DNA from: an uncultured bacterium
GTDB taxonomy: Bacteria > Auribacterota > Auribacteria > Auribacterales > Auribacteraceae
Assembly: GCA_964451165.1 (NCBI GenBank)
Contig: CAYVGJ010000019.1
Location: 1,524-65,523, forward strand
Direction: 5' to 3'
Length of the DNA stretch: 64,000 nt
Under the pieces are notes generated by a model that was not told where the DNA came from, did not search any database, and was given only the letters and a program-made list of their open reading frames with translations. Shown one piece after another: positions 48,230 through 61,000 of this stretch (positions within the stretch are counted from its first letter, which is position 1; each line of letters opens with the position of its first letter). The position numbers and the translations under genes were made by a program.

Positions 48230-49693
48230 TTAAAATGTTATGGCTGTTGATGGAAGTTCTGTTTGTCCCATGAGATAAATGTCTATAGATCGAGCCATTT
48301 CACGGCCCTGGGCGATAGCTTTTACCACGAGCGAAGCTCCAAGAGCGCTGTCTCCGGCGGCAAATACTCCGGGGACGGAAGTAGCATAGCTGTTGTCAAC
48401 GATGATATTTCCTCTGTTATCCGTTTGCAATCCCAGTCCTTTTATTAGATTGTCGTGTTCAACGTGAACAAATCCCATAGCCAGAAGAACGAGATCAACA
48501 TCCATCTCGAATTCGGTTCCTGTAACTTCTTTGAGTATTGGATTTCCTTTTTGGTCGGATGATGACCAGTCGACCTTAATCCCTTGAAGTTTCTGAACCT
48601 TTGAGCCATCACCGCAAAACCTTTTTGTCAATATGCTCCATTGGCGTTCACAACCTTCTTCATGTGAGGATGAAGTACGCAGAATATTCGGCCAGTACGG
48701 CCAATTAGGATTAACCATTGTCCGGCATTCCTGCGGTTTGGGCATAATCTCAAATTGATATACCTTTTTGGCTCCTTGCCTGATAGACGTGCCGACACAA
48801 TCAGATCCTGTATCGCCTCCGCCGATAACCGCGACTATTTTGTCTTTTGCGGATATGATATCTTCAGGCGGTATCATATCTCCGGCGTTTATTCGATTCA
48901 TTTGTGTAAGAAAGTCCATGGCAAAATGTACACCGGATAGTTCTCTTCCTTCTATATTCAATTCACGTGGTTTTCGTGCTCCCATGGTAATACAGATGAC
49001 ATCGAAAGATTTTTTCATGTATTTTGCCGAAATATCTTCGCCGACATTTACACCGGTTTCAAAAACCACTCCTTCGGCTTTCATCTGGTCTATTCTTCGG
49101 TCGATAATCCATTTTTCAAGTTTAAAATCAGGAATGCCATATCGCAATATACCTCCGATCCGGTCGTCTTTTTCAAAAACGGCAACTTTGTGTCCGACTC
49201 TGCATAACTGTTGTGCGGCGGCAAGTCCAGCCGGACCTGATCCGATAATGGCGATTTTTTTTCTGGTTTTTATTTTCGGAAATACAGGTTTTATCCATCC
49301 TTCTTTAAAACCGCGTTCTACTATCATAAGCTCAATCTGTTCTATCGTAACGGGATCATTGTTTATAGATAGTGTGCACGATTTTTCGCAAGGTGCCGGG
49401 CAGACCCGTCCTGTAAATTCCGGGAAATTATTTGTTGAATGCAGAATATCCAGTGCTTCTTCCCAGTGTCCCATGTGAATCTTCTCATTAAAACTCGGAA
49501 TAAGGTTTCCCAGTGGGCAACCGATACCGTGGCAGAATGGTATTCCGCAATCCATGCATCTTGTTGCCTGAGTTGTTATTTTATCTTCAGGAAACTCGTC
49601 AACGAATTCTTTGTAGTTCTGGATACGTTCAGACACCGGATATTTAGTCGGCATCTCTCTTTTATATTTTTTGAAACCAGCAGGATCACCCAT
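48230..49693 (-). CDS. gltD: Glutamate synthase (NADPH) small subunit.
   Basis: Fe-S region CMDCGIPFCHGIGCPLGNLIP and FAD/NAD(P) Rossmann KIAIIGSGPAGLAAAQQL. It lies immediately downstream of gltB. Confidence 0.9.
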   Translation of the reverse strand: MGDPAGFKKYKREMPTKYPVSERIQNYKEFVDEFPEDKITTQATRCMDCGIPFCHGIGCPLGNLIPSFNEKIHMGHWEEALDILHSTNNFPEFTGRVCPAPCEKSCTLSINNDPVTIEQIELMIVERGFKEGWIKPVFPKIKTRKKIAIIGSGPAGLAAAQQLCRVGHKVAVFEKDDRIGGILRYGIPDFKLEKWIIDRRIDQMKAEGVVFETGVNVGEDISAKYMKKSFDVICITMGARKPRELNIEGRELSGVHFAMDFLTQMNRINAGDMIPPEDIISAKDKIVAVIGGGDTGSDCVGTSIRQGAKKVYQFEIMPKPQECRTMVNPNWPYWPNILRTSSSHEEGCERQWSILTKRFCGDGSKVQKLQGIKVDWSSSDQKGNPILKEVTGTEFEMDVDLVLLAMGFVHVEHDNLIKGLGLQTDNRGNIIVDNSYATSVPGVFAAGDSALGASLVVKAIAQGREMARSIDIYLMGQTELPSTAITF

Positions 49694-49695
49694 AA

Positions 49696-52600
49696 TTATT
49701 TATGATATACCTCCTCAGTAACAGCTGTAGTTTCGTCACTTTTCATTTGATCTTGCGCTAATCGTGCCAGCGCCGCTTTATAATCTATAGGCATGACTTT
49801 CACAAAATATGGCAGTATCTGTTGCCAGTTGGCAATAATTTTCGAGGAATACTCACTGCCTGTAAATGTAGCATGTTTTTCAATTAATTCTCTTAATAAA
49901 TTAATGTCTTTAGGATCTGTAACAGATTCGATATCCACCATATCGAGATTGCATAAGGTGTCAAAAAGTTGGCTTTTGTCAAGTACATAGGCTATTCCAC
50001 CGCTCATGCCTGCCGCGAAGTTGCGCCCTGTTTCCCCAAGAATAACAACTGTTCCGCCAGTCATATACTCACATCCATGATCGCCTACACCCTCGACTAC
50101 AGCGATAGCTCCGCTGTTCCTAACGGCGAACCGCTCTCCTGACGTACCTGCGGCATAAAGTTCACCGCTTGTCGCGCCATAGAGGACGGTGTTGCCGATA
50201 ATGATATTTTTTTCCGAAGGAAAAGATGATCCTTTTGGTGGGTAAACAATTATACGCCCGCCGGATAATCCTTTTCCCAGATAATCATTAGAGTCACCTT
50301 CAATTTCCAGAGTCATTCCTTTACAGGCGAACGCCGCGAAACTCTGACCCGCGGAACCTTTGAAATTAATATGAATTGTATCGCGCTCGAGCCCTTCGGA
50401 ACCATATCTTCTTGTGATTTCCCCGCTGAGCATTGCTCCAACCGTTCTATTGGAATTTTTTATCGGTATAGAAAACCTTACAGGCACTTTATTTTCCAAT
50501 GCCGGCATACAATTTTCAATTAATTGCTGATCCAGCACCTGATCGAGTTTATGGTCTTGTGATTTAATGCATCTTAAAGAGTTGTTTTTAGGTGATTTTA
50601 CAGTAGTTAAGATGGCGCTGAAATCAAGACCTTTTGTCTTCCAGTGATTTATAGCCTCCGATACTTCAAGCATATCCGCTCGTCCGATCATATCGTTTAC
50701 AGATTCGAATCCGAGTTCAGCCATATATTCTCTAAGTTCCTGCGCGATAAATTTCATCAGGTTAACGACATATTCCGGTTTACCGGAGAAATTGTTGCGC
50801 AACTCGGGATCCTGTGTTGCAATACCGACAGGGCATGTATTCAGATGGCATTTGCGCATCATTACACATCCGAGTGTAACCAGAGCGGCGGTAGAGAAAC
50901 CGAATTCTTCCGCGCCAAGAAGTGCGGCTATGGCGATATCTCTTCCGGTTTTCATTTGTCCGTCGGCCTGAAGCCTTACTCTGTCTCTTAATCCATTAAG
51001 CACAAGGATCTGCTGTGTTTCGGCAAGGCCAAGTTCCCATGGAATACCGGCATATTTGATTGAGGAAAGGGGCGAAGCTCCTGTTCCGCCGTCATGCCCG
51101 CTGATTAAGATCATATCAGCTTTGCCTTTAGCTACACCTGCAGCGATAGTTCCTACACCAACTTCGGCTACAAGTTTTACCGATACCCTTGCATGCGGAT
51201 TGACATTTTTCAGATCGAAGATGAGCTGTGCAAGATCCTCGATCGAATAAATATCATGGTGAGGTGGAGGTGAAATCAATGTTACGCCCGGTGTGGAATG
51301 CCTTGTTTTTGCGATAATTTCATCCACTTTGTGTCCGGGTAATTGTCCGCCTTCACCGGGTTTTGCTCCCTGTGCGATTTTAATCTGCATTTCGTCGGAA
51401 TTCACGAGGTAATTTGCCGTTACTCCGAATCTGGCTGAAGCGATCTGTTTTATCGAACTTCGCATCGAGTCGCCGTTTGGAAGTGGTTTGAACCTTTTCT
51501 CATCTTCACCGCCTTCGCCGGTATTGCTTTTCCCGCCGATTCTGTTCATGGCTATCGCGAGAGATTCATGCGCTTCTTTGCTTATCGAACCGAATGACAT
51601 TGCGCCTGTAACAAATCTTTTTATAATGGATTCAACCGGTTCGACTTTTTCAATTGGAACAGGTTTCGCGTTTTTGAATTTAAATAGGCCCCGCAGAGTA
51701 CAAAGCCCTTTTGATTGATCATTGATAAGTTTCGCGTATTCTTTATATAAATTGTAGTTATCTGTTCGCGTGGCATGTTGGAGTTTGCTGATAGTAAGCG
51801 GTGTCCATAGATGGCGTTCCTGATTGTTCCTGTAGTGATACTGTCCGCCAATATCGAGGAATTTCGGGTCCTGTCCTGTTTTTGGGAACGATCTGCTGTG
51901 TCGCTGTTTTATTTCTTCAGTAATTACATCAATACCGATTCCGGATATTCGTGAGGGTGTACCAGTAAAATATTCATCAACGAGTTCTTTTGATAAACCT
52001 ATAGTTTCAAAAATCATTGCGCCGCGATAACTTCTAAGGGTTGATATGCCCATCTTCGAGAAAATTTTCAACAACCCTTTTTTGAGAGCGTTTATATAAT
52101 TGTCTGTTGCTGTTTCATAATCAAGGTTTGCGGGAAGGTTGTTTGTTTTTATCATATCCCATATTGATTCAATAGCCAGATATGGGTTGATAGCGTTTGC
52201 GCCGTAACCTACCAGCAAAGCCATGTGCATTACATCGCGGGCTTCACCGGTTTCAATAATTAATCCAGCCTGAGTTCTTTTGCCTGTTTTTATGAGAAAC
52301 TGGTGCAACGCGGAGGCTGCAAGTAAACTTGGAATAGGCGCGTTATCTTTATCTGCCGATTTATCGCTCAATATAAGAAGGGAACATCCCTCATTGATTT
52401 TTTCAACAGCGAGATTGCACAAGTTATCTATGGAACTTTTAAGTGAATCCAATCCTTTTTCCGGATCGAAAACCATAGGTAATGTTGCTGATTTCAGTCT
52501 GTTTTTTGCGGTGGCTGTGATTTTCTGCATATCATCGTTTGAAAGTATCGGATGCGGCAGTTTAAGTTGATGGCAATGTTGGGGAGATTCCACAAGGAGA

Positions 52601-54252
52601 TTTCCTTCACATCCGGTATAGCTCATCAATGACATTACCAGCGCTTCACGATAAGGATCGATCGGCGGGTTGGTAACCTGAGCGAAAAGCTGTCTGAAAT
52701 AAGCGAACAGAAGCTGTGGTTTATCTGATAATACAGCAAGAGGCGTATCAGTTCCCATTGACCCGACGGGTTCTTGTCCGTTAACGGCCATTGGAGCGAT
52801 AATCATGTTTAAGTCTTCCATTGTATAACCAAACATAGTTTGCCTGTTGAGTATTAATTTATGATCGGGTTCCGTAATGTGGGGTGTATCGAATAACCCT
52901 CTTAATTCTATTCTGTTTTTTTCAAGCCATCTTCTGTAAGGTTTATGTCTGGATACACGGGCCTTTATTTCCGGATCGCTGACTATGCGTTTTTCTTCGA
53001 GGTCAACGAGAAACATTCTTCCCGGGCTTAAACGTCCTTTCTGTAAAATTTCTTCTGGTGGAAATTCAATAACGCCGACTTCAGATGCCATCACTACAAA
53101 CCCGCTCTTAGTTACGACGTACCTTGATGGTCGCAAACCGTTTCTATCCAGAACTCCGCCGATTTTTTTTCCGTCGGTGAAAATCAATGCCGCAGGGCCG
53201 TCCCATGGTTCCATGAATGTGCAGTGATATTCGAAGAAGGCTTTCAGGTCCTGGCTTATGTGATATTTAGCGCCGAATGCCTCAGGTACCATCATCATCA
53301 TGGAATGTTCAGGTGTTCTGCCTCCCATAACGAGGAGTTCAAAAGTATTATCAAAATTAGCCGAATCGCTTCCGCCGGGGGTTATTATAGGAAACAGCTT
53401 CTTTAATTCATCCCCAAATAAAGGAGATGACATTTGCGCTTCTCTCGCTTTCATGCGATTGACGTTTCCTTTAAGAGTATTTATCTCGCCGTTATGTGCC
53501 AAATACCGGAAAGGTTGAGCCAGAGGCCATGAAGGGAAAGTATTTGTGCTGAATCTTTGATGAACAAGCGCAAGAGCGCTTTTCATTGATTGGTCCTTTA
53601 GATCTATGTAATAATCATTTATCTGGTGTGCGGTGAACATACCTTTGTAAACTATAGTTCGTGCGGATAGGCTGCATACATAAAAATCATCTATGGAAAT
53701 ATTTTCTTCAAGAGCTTTATTCTCGATAACTTTTCTAATTATATATAATTTTCTTTCAAGAATATCGTTTGATTCACCGCAACCATCGATAAAGAATTGT
53801 TTTATTACCGGCATGGATGACAAAGCCATTTCGCCAAGACAGCTTGAATCAAAAGGCACGTCGCGCCAGCATAAAAATTTTTTCCCGTTTTCTTCTACGG
53901 ATTGTTCGACGATTTTCTGCATTTTTAGTCTTAAAGGTTCATCATTTGGTAAAAATACCATGCCGGCACCGTAAAACCCAAAATCAGGAATAGAAAAATT
54001 TAATTTATTTAATTCTTTATAGAAAAATTCATGAGGCATCTGAATCAATATACCTGCTCCGTCGCCTGTTTTGTCATCACCGCCTACGGCGCCTCTATGT
54101 ACAAGGTTGATCAGGACCTGAATGCCTTTTTCAATAATATCATGGCTTTTTTCTCCGTAGATGTTCGCCACAAACCCGACGCCGCAACTATCGTGTTCAT
54201 AATTGGGGTCATATAAGGTTTTCTGGCTACTTATATATTTTTTTATATTCAT
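49696..54252 (-). CDS. gltB: Glutamate synthase large subunit.
   Basis: N-terminal class II amidotransferase [16 protein letters not shown], plus FMN and 3Fe-4S regions. The start is assigned to the ATG complementary to 54250-54252 (MNIKKY), with AAGGAG 5 nt upstream. The track ORF starts 24 nt further upstream without an RBS. Confidence 0.9.
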   Translation of the reverse strand: MNIKKYISSQKTLYDPNYEHDSCGVGFVANIYGEKSHDIIEKGIQVLINLVHRGAVGGDDKTGDGAGILIQMPHEFFYKELNKLNFSIPDFGFYGAGMVFLPNDEPLRLKMQKIVEQSVEENGKKFLCWRDVPFDSSCLGEMALSSMPVIKQFFIDGCGESNDILERKLYIIRKVIENKALEENISIDDFYVCSLSARTIVYKGMFTAHQINDYYIDLKDQSMKSALALVHQRFSTNTFPSWPLAQPFRYLAHNGEINTLKGNVNRMKAREAQMSSPLFGDELKKLFPIITPGGSDSANFDNTFELLVMGGRTPEHSMMMMVPEAFGAKYHISQDLKAFFEYHCTFMEPWDGPAALIFTDGKKIGGVLDRNGLRPSRYVVTKSGFVVMASEVGVIEFPPEEILQKGRLSPGRMFLVDLEEKRIVSDPEIKARVSRHKPYRRWLEKNRIELRGLFDTPHITEPDHKLILNRQTMFGYTMEDLNMIIAPMAVNGQEPVGSMGTDTPLAVLSDKPQLLFAYFRQLFAQVTNPPIDPYREALVMSLMSYTGCEGNLLVESPQHCHQLKLPHPILSNDDMQKITATAKNRLKSATLPMVFDPEKGLDSLKSSIDNLCNLAVEKINEGCSLLILSDKSADKDNAPIPSLLAASALHQFLIKTGKRTQAGLIIETGEARDVMHMALLVGYGANAINPYLAIESIWDMIKTNNLPANLDYETATDNYINALKKGLLKIFSKMGISTLRSYRGAMIFETIGLSKELVDEYFTGTPSRISGIGIDVITEEIKQRHSRSFPKTGQDPKFLDIGGQYHYRNNQERHLWTPLTISKLQHATRTDNYNLYKEYAKLINDQSKGLCTLRGLFKFKNAKPVPIEKVEPVESIIKRFVTGAMSFGSISKEAHESLAIAMNRIGGKSNTGEGGEDEKRFKPLPNGDSMRSSIKQIASARFGVTANYLVNSDEMQIKIAQGAKPGEGGQLPGHKVDEIIAKTRHSTPGVTLISPPPHHDIYSIEDLAQLIFDLKNVNPHARVSVKLVAEVGVGTIAAGVAKGKADMILISGHDGGTGASPLSSIKYAGIPWELGLAETQQILVLNGLRDRVRLQADGQMKTGRDIAIAALLGAEEFGFSTAALVTLGCVMMRKCHLNTCPVGIATQDPELRNNFSGKPEYVVNLMKFIAQELREYMAELGFESVNDMIGRADMLEVSEAINHWKTKGLDFSAILTTVKSPKNNSLRCIKSQDHKLDQVLDQQLIENCMPALENKVPVRFSIPIKNSNRTVGAMLSGEITRRYGSEGLERDTIHINFKGSAGQSFAAFACKGMTLEIEGDSNDYLGKGLSGGRIIVYPPKGSSFPSEKNIIIGNTVLYGATSGELYAAGTSGERFAVRNSGAIAVVEGVGDHGCEYMTGGTVVILGETGRNFAAGMSGGIAYVLDKSQLFDTLCNLDMVDIESVTDPKDINLLRELIEKHATFTGSEYSSKIIANWQQILPYFVKVMPIDYKAALARLAQDQMKSDETTAVTEEVYHK

Positions 54253-55096
54253 AAAATCTCCTTGTATAAAGATCATTACTTTTATTTATCAATCGTATAT
54301 TTTTAGGTGCACAATGTGTATAAATGTTCATTTGGATACCGCCAAAAGATTTTATCTCTTTTGGCTCACTGATTATATAACTTGAGCAGCTGAATTATCA
54401 AAATAAAAAATTATTATAAATGATTATATATTATTCTCGAGCACAATAATATTTTTCGGGTGCTTATAAATATATTGTAAAATATATAAATATATATAAA
54501 ACAATATATAGAATTAATATTAAAGATCTTTTTGAAATATAAATTTAAAGTGAATATTGAGAGCGATGGTGACGATAATTAAATATCTATTTTAAGTAAA
54601 AAAAATAATTTATTTTATTAAATTGTGTTCAAGGTAAAAAAATTTTAAAAAAGGAATTTTTTTTGTAATAAAAATCCGTGTAAATTGTTTATAAAGTATG
54701 AAAATAAAAAAAATCTGTAAATTATCCTCTGGTATACAATTGGTTATGTGTTTTGAAGGTTTGTAATTGGAATGGCGCGAATTGACAAATATGCGGACAT
54801 ATATTATATTTAACTATATATAAAGTAGATTGTTATAGATTTTGTTGTTTTGCTGTGCGGAATATTTTTTTTTGGCATGCTATAAGTGAATTATCTATAG
54901 TTGTGCAAAATAATTACGAAATAAATATTAGTTGATATATAAAAATATAGAGAAAAAAGAAGAAAAATTTTTTCGACATGAGCGAAAATAGAAAGGGATT
55001 CTATATGCAGAAGCAGAGAATCGCGGGCTTTTTTTGTTTTAAAATAGATTATAACAATAGTTTCAATAATAACAACAACAGCAAGGGAGTGAAATT

Positions 55097-58000
55097 ATGA
55101 ACCCCTCGTCAAACAAATTTACACCAATCAGCATGATGGAGTGGTACACATCACGCAAAAAAAGGTTTTTGCTGAAGATTGTGTCGCTGGTTGTGGCCGA
55201 AAGTTTTCTTCTTGATCGTGCGATGATAGCGATCGCGGCTGATAACGCTGCTAATCAGCAGCCTTATTATCAGTATGAAGAAACTGCTGTGCCGGAATCG
55301 CCTCAGTCTCAGCAGGAACAAACAGAACAACCTTTTCAACCGCAAGGGTCTGGAGTTCTTCCCGGAATTGGTTGGGAAAACCCCATGTTCCAGTCTACCG
55401 ATACACAGGTAGATCAGGACGCTCAGGCAATCAGGAATGAGATCCTTTCAAATGACAATCCGCCTAAACCAAGCACTGATATCAATGATTATATCAGTGT
55501 CCTCAACATCCCCAATTTATCCACATATGTTACCCAGATTGTTTTCTCATACACTGGTGTCTCCGATCCGCAGAATGATGGGTTGTTAACTCAAACTTTA
55601 ATGCATTTTGACAGCAAACCGGATGATATTACTAACTGGACTGTAGATCTGAATACCCCTTCACCAACATATGGTGAAGCCGGTAAAGCGATTAAAACGG
55701 ATTTTGTGTACGACAGGAACAATGAAGGCGCACTAAACTATTATAGTGTCGATACAAATGGGAATTACTTATACGACAATGATGGTGAGCTGATCAAAGT
55801 TTCCAACAGTACCCAGGGAAAAGCTCTTGTAACAGGTATTCGTTTATGGTTTGAGAACAAAACCAATAAATATGCTAAATTCAATTACGCAAATGGCACG
55901 AGGACTCAGGAGATATTCAATGAAACGGTAAGGTCTGATGGCGAAATAATCCGTTGGGACAATACATATAATTTGATGATATATTCGAAAACAGCTGAAG
56001 GAATAGAAACGGAATATATCTATAATCGTGACCCGGGTACCGGCAGAATTTTGTCTTATGACGAAATATGTTTGGGCGTAACGCGTCATTATGAAGGCGG
56101 TGAAGATCAGAATTTTGATGGAGTTATGGGCGAAGATCTCAATAAGAACGGTATTCTGGATACGGTTTTAAACGAAGACCTGAATGGAAATGGTGTACTT
56201 GACAGGTCGATAAATGAAGACGCAAATGGCAACGGTATACTCGATTCCGGAGAAGACCTGAATGGAAACGGTGTAATCGATACGGATCTTGATGAGGATA
56301 TAAATAACAATAACCAGCTCGATCTAAACGTAAATGAGGATTATAACGGCAATGGCATACTCGATACGGAAGACACCGATGGGAATGGTGTATTGAAACC
56401 ATGGTCTTTGAAATGGATTAAGGAAGTATCTGGTGCGAACATAACCATGACATATTATGACAACGGGCTTATAACGCGTAAAGTTATGCCAAACGGTACA
56501 ACATGGTGGTACGAGTATGAGTATAACAATGCCGGAGCCATTGCCGCTACGCGTCTTGTACAGAGAACCGATTCTTTTGAGACAAAAAATATAGGCGGTT
56601 TATTTTATGTTGTTATAGGTAACGATAACATAAAAATCGAACTTATCAGTCCCACTCAGGTAAAAATTAATGATACCCTCCTGTCTATCCCCGCAGATCA
56701 AACCAGAGCTGAATTAAATCTGGTTTTATCCTCCAATGAAGTGGCCAAATTCAAAATAGATGAATATGGCCAGTTTATTCTTGATCTGGCTGATGGTTCT
56801 CCTGTTGTTATCGCTAACATGAAGTCGGATTTCTTTATTGACAGTTATACGGATGCTAACGGAGTTGCGCGAACTGAAAAATGGTATAAATTGATGCATG
56901 AAGATTTGATTGTCAAAAAAGTCAACGGCGTCTACAATTTACATCTTAATAACAGTGTTATCCGGTTGGAAATATTAGCTGACGGCAAACTTAAAGTTGG
57001 CAATGATGTAATCAATCTTGGCGGTTTTCTGAATCTAAATGGTTTTGGCGGAATAACCGGAGGCACCAATTATGGGTTAAGCGTGACTTTGGATGGCGGA
57101 ATAAAAATATCGTTGAGCCAGACGGGCGAAATCAAGGTATCGATGCTGAATTGCGAACCTATTACGATAGGTTATACTTTGGTTAATCAGTTTCCTCTGG
57201 AGGTACATTATTATAATAACAAAATCCTTCGCCAGGATGATAACGGTAATCTGATCCAAGAAATTGATTATACCGGATCATCGGCGGTTGTAACGAGTTA
57301 TAAATATAAGAGGAAAATAGATGGTTCCATCGACCAGACAATTGTTGATACCAATGGAGTTCTTAAAACTTATGACCGGCTTGGAAATCTTATTTCTGTT
57401 TTAGGCGACGGTGTGCTTGTTGAATATCGGCTTGATGGTCTTGAAAGCAGGATAACATATCTTGATTCCGGCAAAACCAAAGAGTTTACTTATGAACCGG
57501 ATCTTGGAAATACAAACAAGATATTAACCAAAAGAGAAGTTGAGCGTGAACCGGCATATCCCGGCGCAGATATAATCAGGGTTTATGATTATCAAAAAGG
57601 ATTATTAACCTCAATAACCGATCGTAATGGTAATATCAGATTGTTTGAGTATTATAATGACAATTATACGGAAGACTTAAATGGAAACGGTATTATAGAT
57701 GCTCCATATTCGGAAGATCTTAACGGCAACGGTTATCTCGATGTGGATTTTGATGAGGATTTAAATCACAACGGATTGCTGGATACCGCAATAAACGAAG
57801 ACACAAACGGCAATGGGATTCTTGATCAGGGTGAAGATCTGAACGGCAACGGGACTCTTGATCTTGCACTTAATGAAGATATAAACGGTAATGGTACTTT
57901 GGATCATCATGTCAATGAAGACGTATTGCAAAACGGAATTCTCGATAATAATATTGTCGAGGACAGAGATAACGATGGTACTCTTAATACAGGTTTGATT

Positions 58001-61000
58001 TCAAGTACCGATCGCCATGTAAAGGATTATAAGAGTTATACCATTAGTTATTATATCGAAAAGCGAAGCAATATAAGCGGCAACCAGGCCAATGACCTTG
58101 TGTTCAATGAACTCATGATAAAGAGGACTCTTATATCAGGCCAGACGAAAATTGATGTCTCATTAACTGATGACCAGCTGGTTTCGCAAGGGCTATTAAC
58201 AAGTATCGACTGGAACGGGACAATAAGGAATTTCTCATATTCCACAATGAATATTGATGGGACAAATAGAAATATTTCTACTGAGACACGCCCGGAATAT
58301 CCAAACTATAAATTAATTAAGGCATATAACGAAAATTACCGGGCAATATATGAAAAGCTTGGAGACAGAATAACGACTTATGAAATTATCGGAAATACGA
58401 CTATTGAAAGGGGCCGTTACGAAAGCGGCGGCACGATAGCCGGTGAGATTACGCGTGTTTACGATGACGCAAGCAGTTTATTGAGTTTAACCGACAGAAA
58501 CGGTAATGTTTACAAATATACATACGAATTTGATTCTCTTGGAAATCTGTTTAAGAGTTACGAGACAGCTACTTCGTTTGACGGCAATAATATGGGTATT
58601 CTTGTCCGCAAATTCGATGTTGAGAAAAATATTATCGGTACTACAGATAAAAACGCTGTAGTGAAAAATTACGAAATGGTATTTGATGAAAAAGGATTTA
58701 AGCGCGGTTACAATGAAACGGATTCGAGGTATCCTTCATTAAAGATTGTTCGCCAGATAGATAAAGAAGGAAGAGTTACAAGCGAACAGACTTTAGGGGA
58801 AAATAACGCTGTCAGAAAGAATCTGCAATTCCAATATGAAATAGATCCTTTCGGTGAATTGAGAGCGTTAATCCAAAAGGAAATCGGGCAGAATTATACG
58901 CTGATTACTACCCGCAGATATGATAGCAGAGGCGATGTAACCGCTATTGTGGACAGTAATGGAATGATAACACATTTTTCATATGTAAAAGACTCGAAAG
59001 AAAACATAATCGGTACTTCCATGTCTCATCCTTATAAAGAATCGGATTTCTTCCAGGGAATGCCGGCTTATGGTTTTGAAAATGAGTCTTACGGTTATAT
59101 AACTTCCAGAAACAATGGAGTTAATCTTGTACATTGTATTTATAATGTTGATGCGGCTGGCCAGCCGGGAACAATTTTATTGCGAGAAATCACTTATGCC
59201 GATTTGACTCCTGGTAGAATTACCGGTGTTGTTGATTATGTTAATGGAGAAGTTTGGCAGTATTCTTATGATACAAACGATAATCTAAGTCAGGTTGAAG
59301 TTAAAAAATTAAAAAGCGATAAAACAGGCGGCGATCTTTTAAGAACAATATATTACGATCCGGATAGTGGTGAAATAGATCATATTGTCGCTGGCGATGA
59401 GTATGTAACCGATATCATATATTCCGGAGGAGTTATTCAATCGGCGCAAGTAAGGTATCAGGGGGCTTCAGGAGAAATTTTGAGGACTTTGCAGTTTCTC
59501 GACGGAAAAGTTTACAGGGTGAGTGTTTATGACTCTGGGGGCAATCCGGCACGTTGGCTTGAATATAGTTATAAAAAAGTAAATAATATAGGTGTTACGG
59601 ATCCAGCAGGATCTTTTACTGTTTTAGACAAAATTACGGAATTCAGCCAGGATGATTATGCTGAGGGACATAAAACAAGTTATATTACCCAGAAAGATCA
59701 GATTGCCGCAAAAGTTCCGTTCACCGTTAAAGCGCAGTATTCTGAATATTACTCGTATACAAATGGTACGCCAGAGAAACTCCAGTCGGTCCGAACATTT
59801 GATATACATAATGACCTTATTACTCTGACTGAGGAAGATGGTACGATAACATCATTTGATTATGTAAAAGATTCTGTCGGAAACAATATTCGTTCAATCG
59901 AGACGTCATCAAAATATGCCGGTTCTGTTATAAACAGGGAGTACAATACAAACGGACAGGTCGTGTCGTTGACCAACAGGAGCGGTTTTGTATATCAGTA
60001 TAATAATGTTCTGGATAACGAAGGAAGGTTGTCGAGCATTGAAGAAACTATGCCACTGTATCCCGGTGCGAAAACAACAAGAAATTTTGATGATAAGGGC
60101 AGGGTTATATCTGTAAATCAAAATGGATTCGTAATTAATTATGGTTACGAACTGGATTCTTTGGGAAATATAGTCAGGAGTTTTGAAACCAATGGTAATT
60201 TCCCCGGAGCGATTGCCACAAGAAAATATAATGTTGATAAAAATTATCTTGAGTCGTATACAGATCAAAACGGCAACGTTACAAAATATAGCTACAATGA
60301 ATTAAACGATCTTGTGAAATCGGTATTTTATAAATCAAGCGATCTTGTTAACCCTAACAGGGTTAATTATTACTATACTGAAGGAGACGCTAAAGGCCAG
60401 ACAAGCAGAATTGAGGACGAAGGCGGCACGGTAATAAGGAATTTTGGGTATGAATATGATTCTTTCGGCAACCTTATAAAATCAATCGAAAGCGATGGCC
60501 CGAAAGATGGGTATTATCCTGGATATAAAGTTACAAGATCATTTAATACAGATCTTGGTAACATTTCTTCAATGACAGATCAGAATGGCAATATAACAAC
60601 ATTTAATTATGATACTTACAATCGGCTTGCGAGTACCGCTGATAATCTTGGCAATGTGAATAATTTTTATGTAGATGGCGTTAATATCGGTCAGCTATTG
60701 AGTTCAAGTGATTCCGGAGGTTTAAATTCTCTATACTCTTACGATTTCGATACATCAGGCAATCTTCTTCATTCTTATGAAACCGAAGCGGGGTTTGCAT
60801 CAGCTGTAACAACAAGAATGTTTGATGAAAACGGAAATATCGAAACCGTAACTTCAAAAAGCGGAAAAGTAACAAGTTTTCATTATACTCCCAACAGTGA
60901 GATAGAAAGTTCATCCGATTCATCAGGCAACATAACTTATTTTTATGTAGAAGGGGTTAACGCACGGCAAGTTATTAAGACCGTATCTAATGGTGAAGAC

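Noticed and set aside
54870-54895. TGGCAT...TAAGT resemblance to a sigma54 -24/-12 promoter upstream of the giant gene.
   Set aside because: The GC dinucleotide at the -12 position is absent at the required 10-bp spacing from the GG, so it does not fit the TGGCAC-N5-TTGC consensus.
54978-55100. 40-codon upstream ORF (MSENRKGFYMQKQRIAGFFCFKIDYNNSFNNNNNSKGVKL) whose TGA overlaps the ATG of the giant gene.
   Set aside because: It has no Shine-Dalgarno and a low-complexity composition. The overlap may be coincidental in AT-rich DNA. It is kept only as a note inside the intergenic-region finding.
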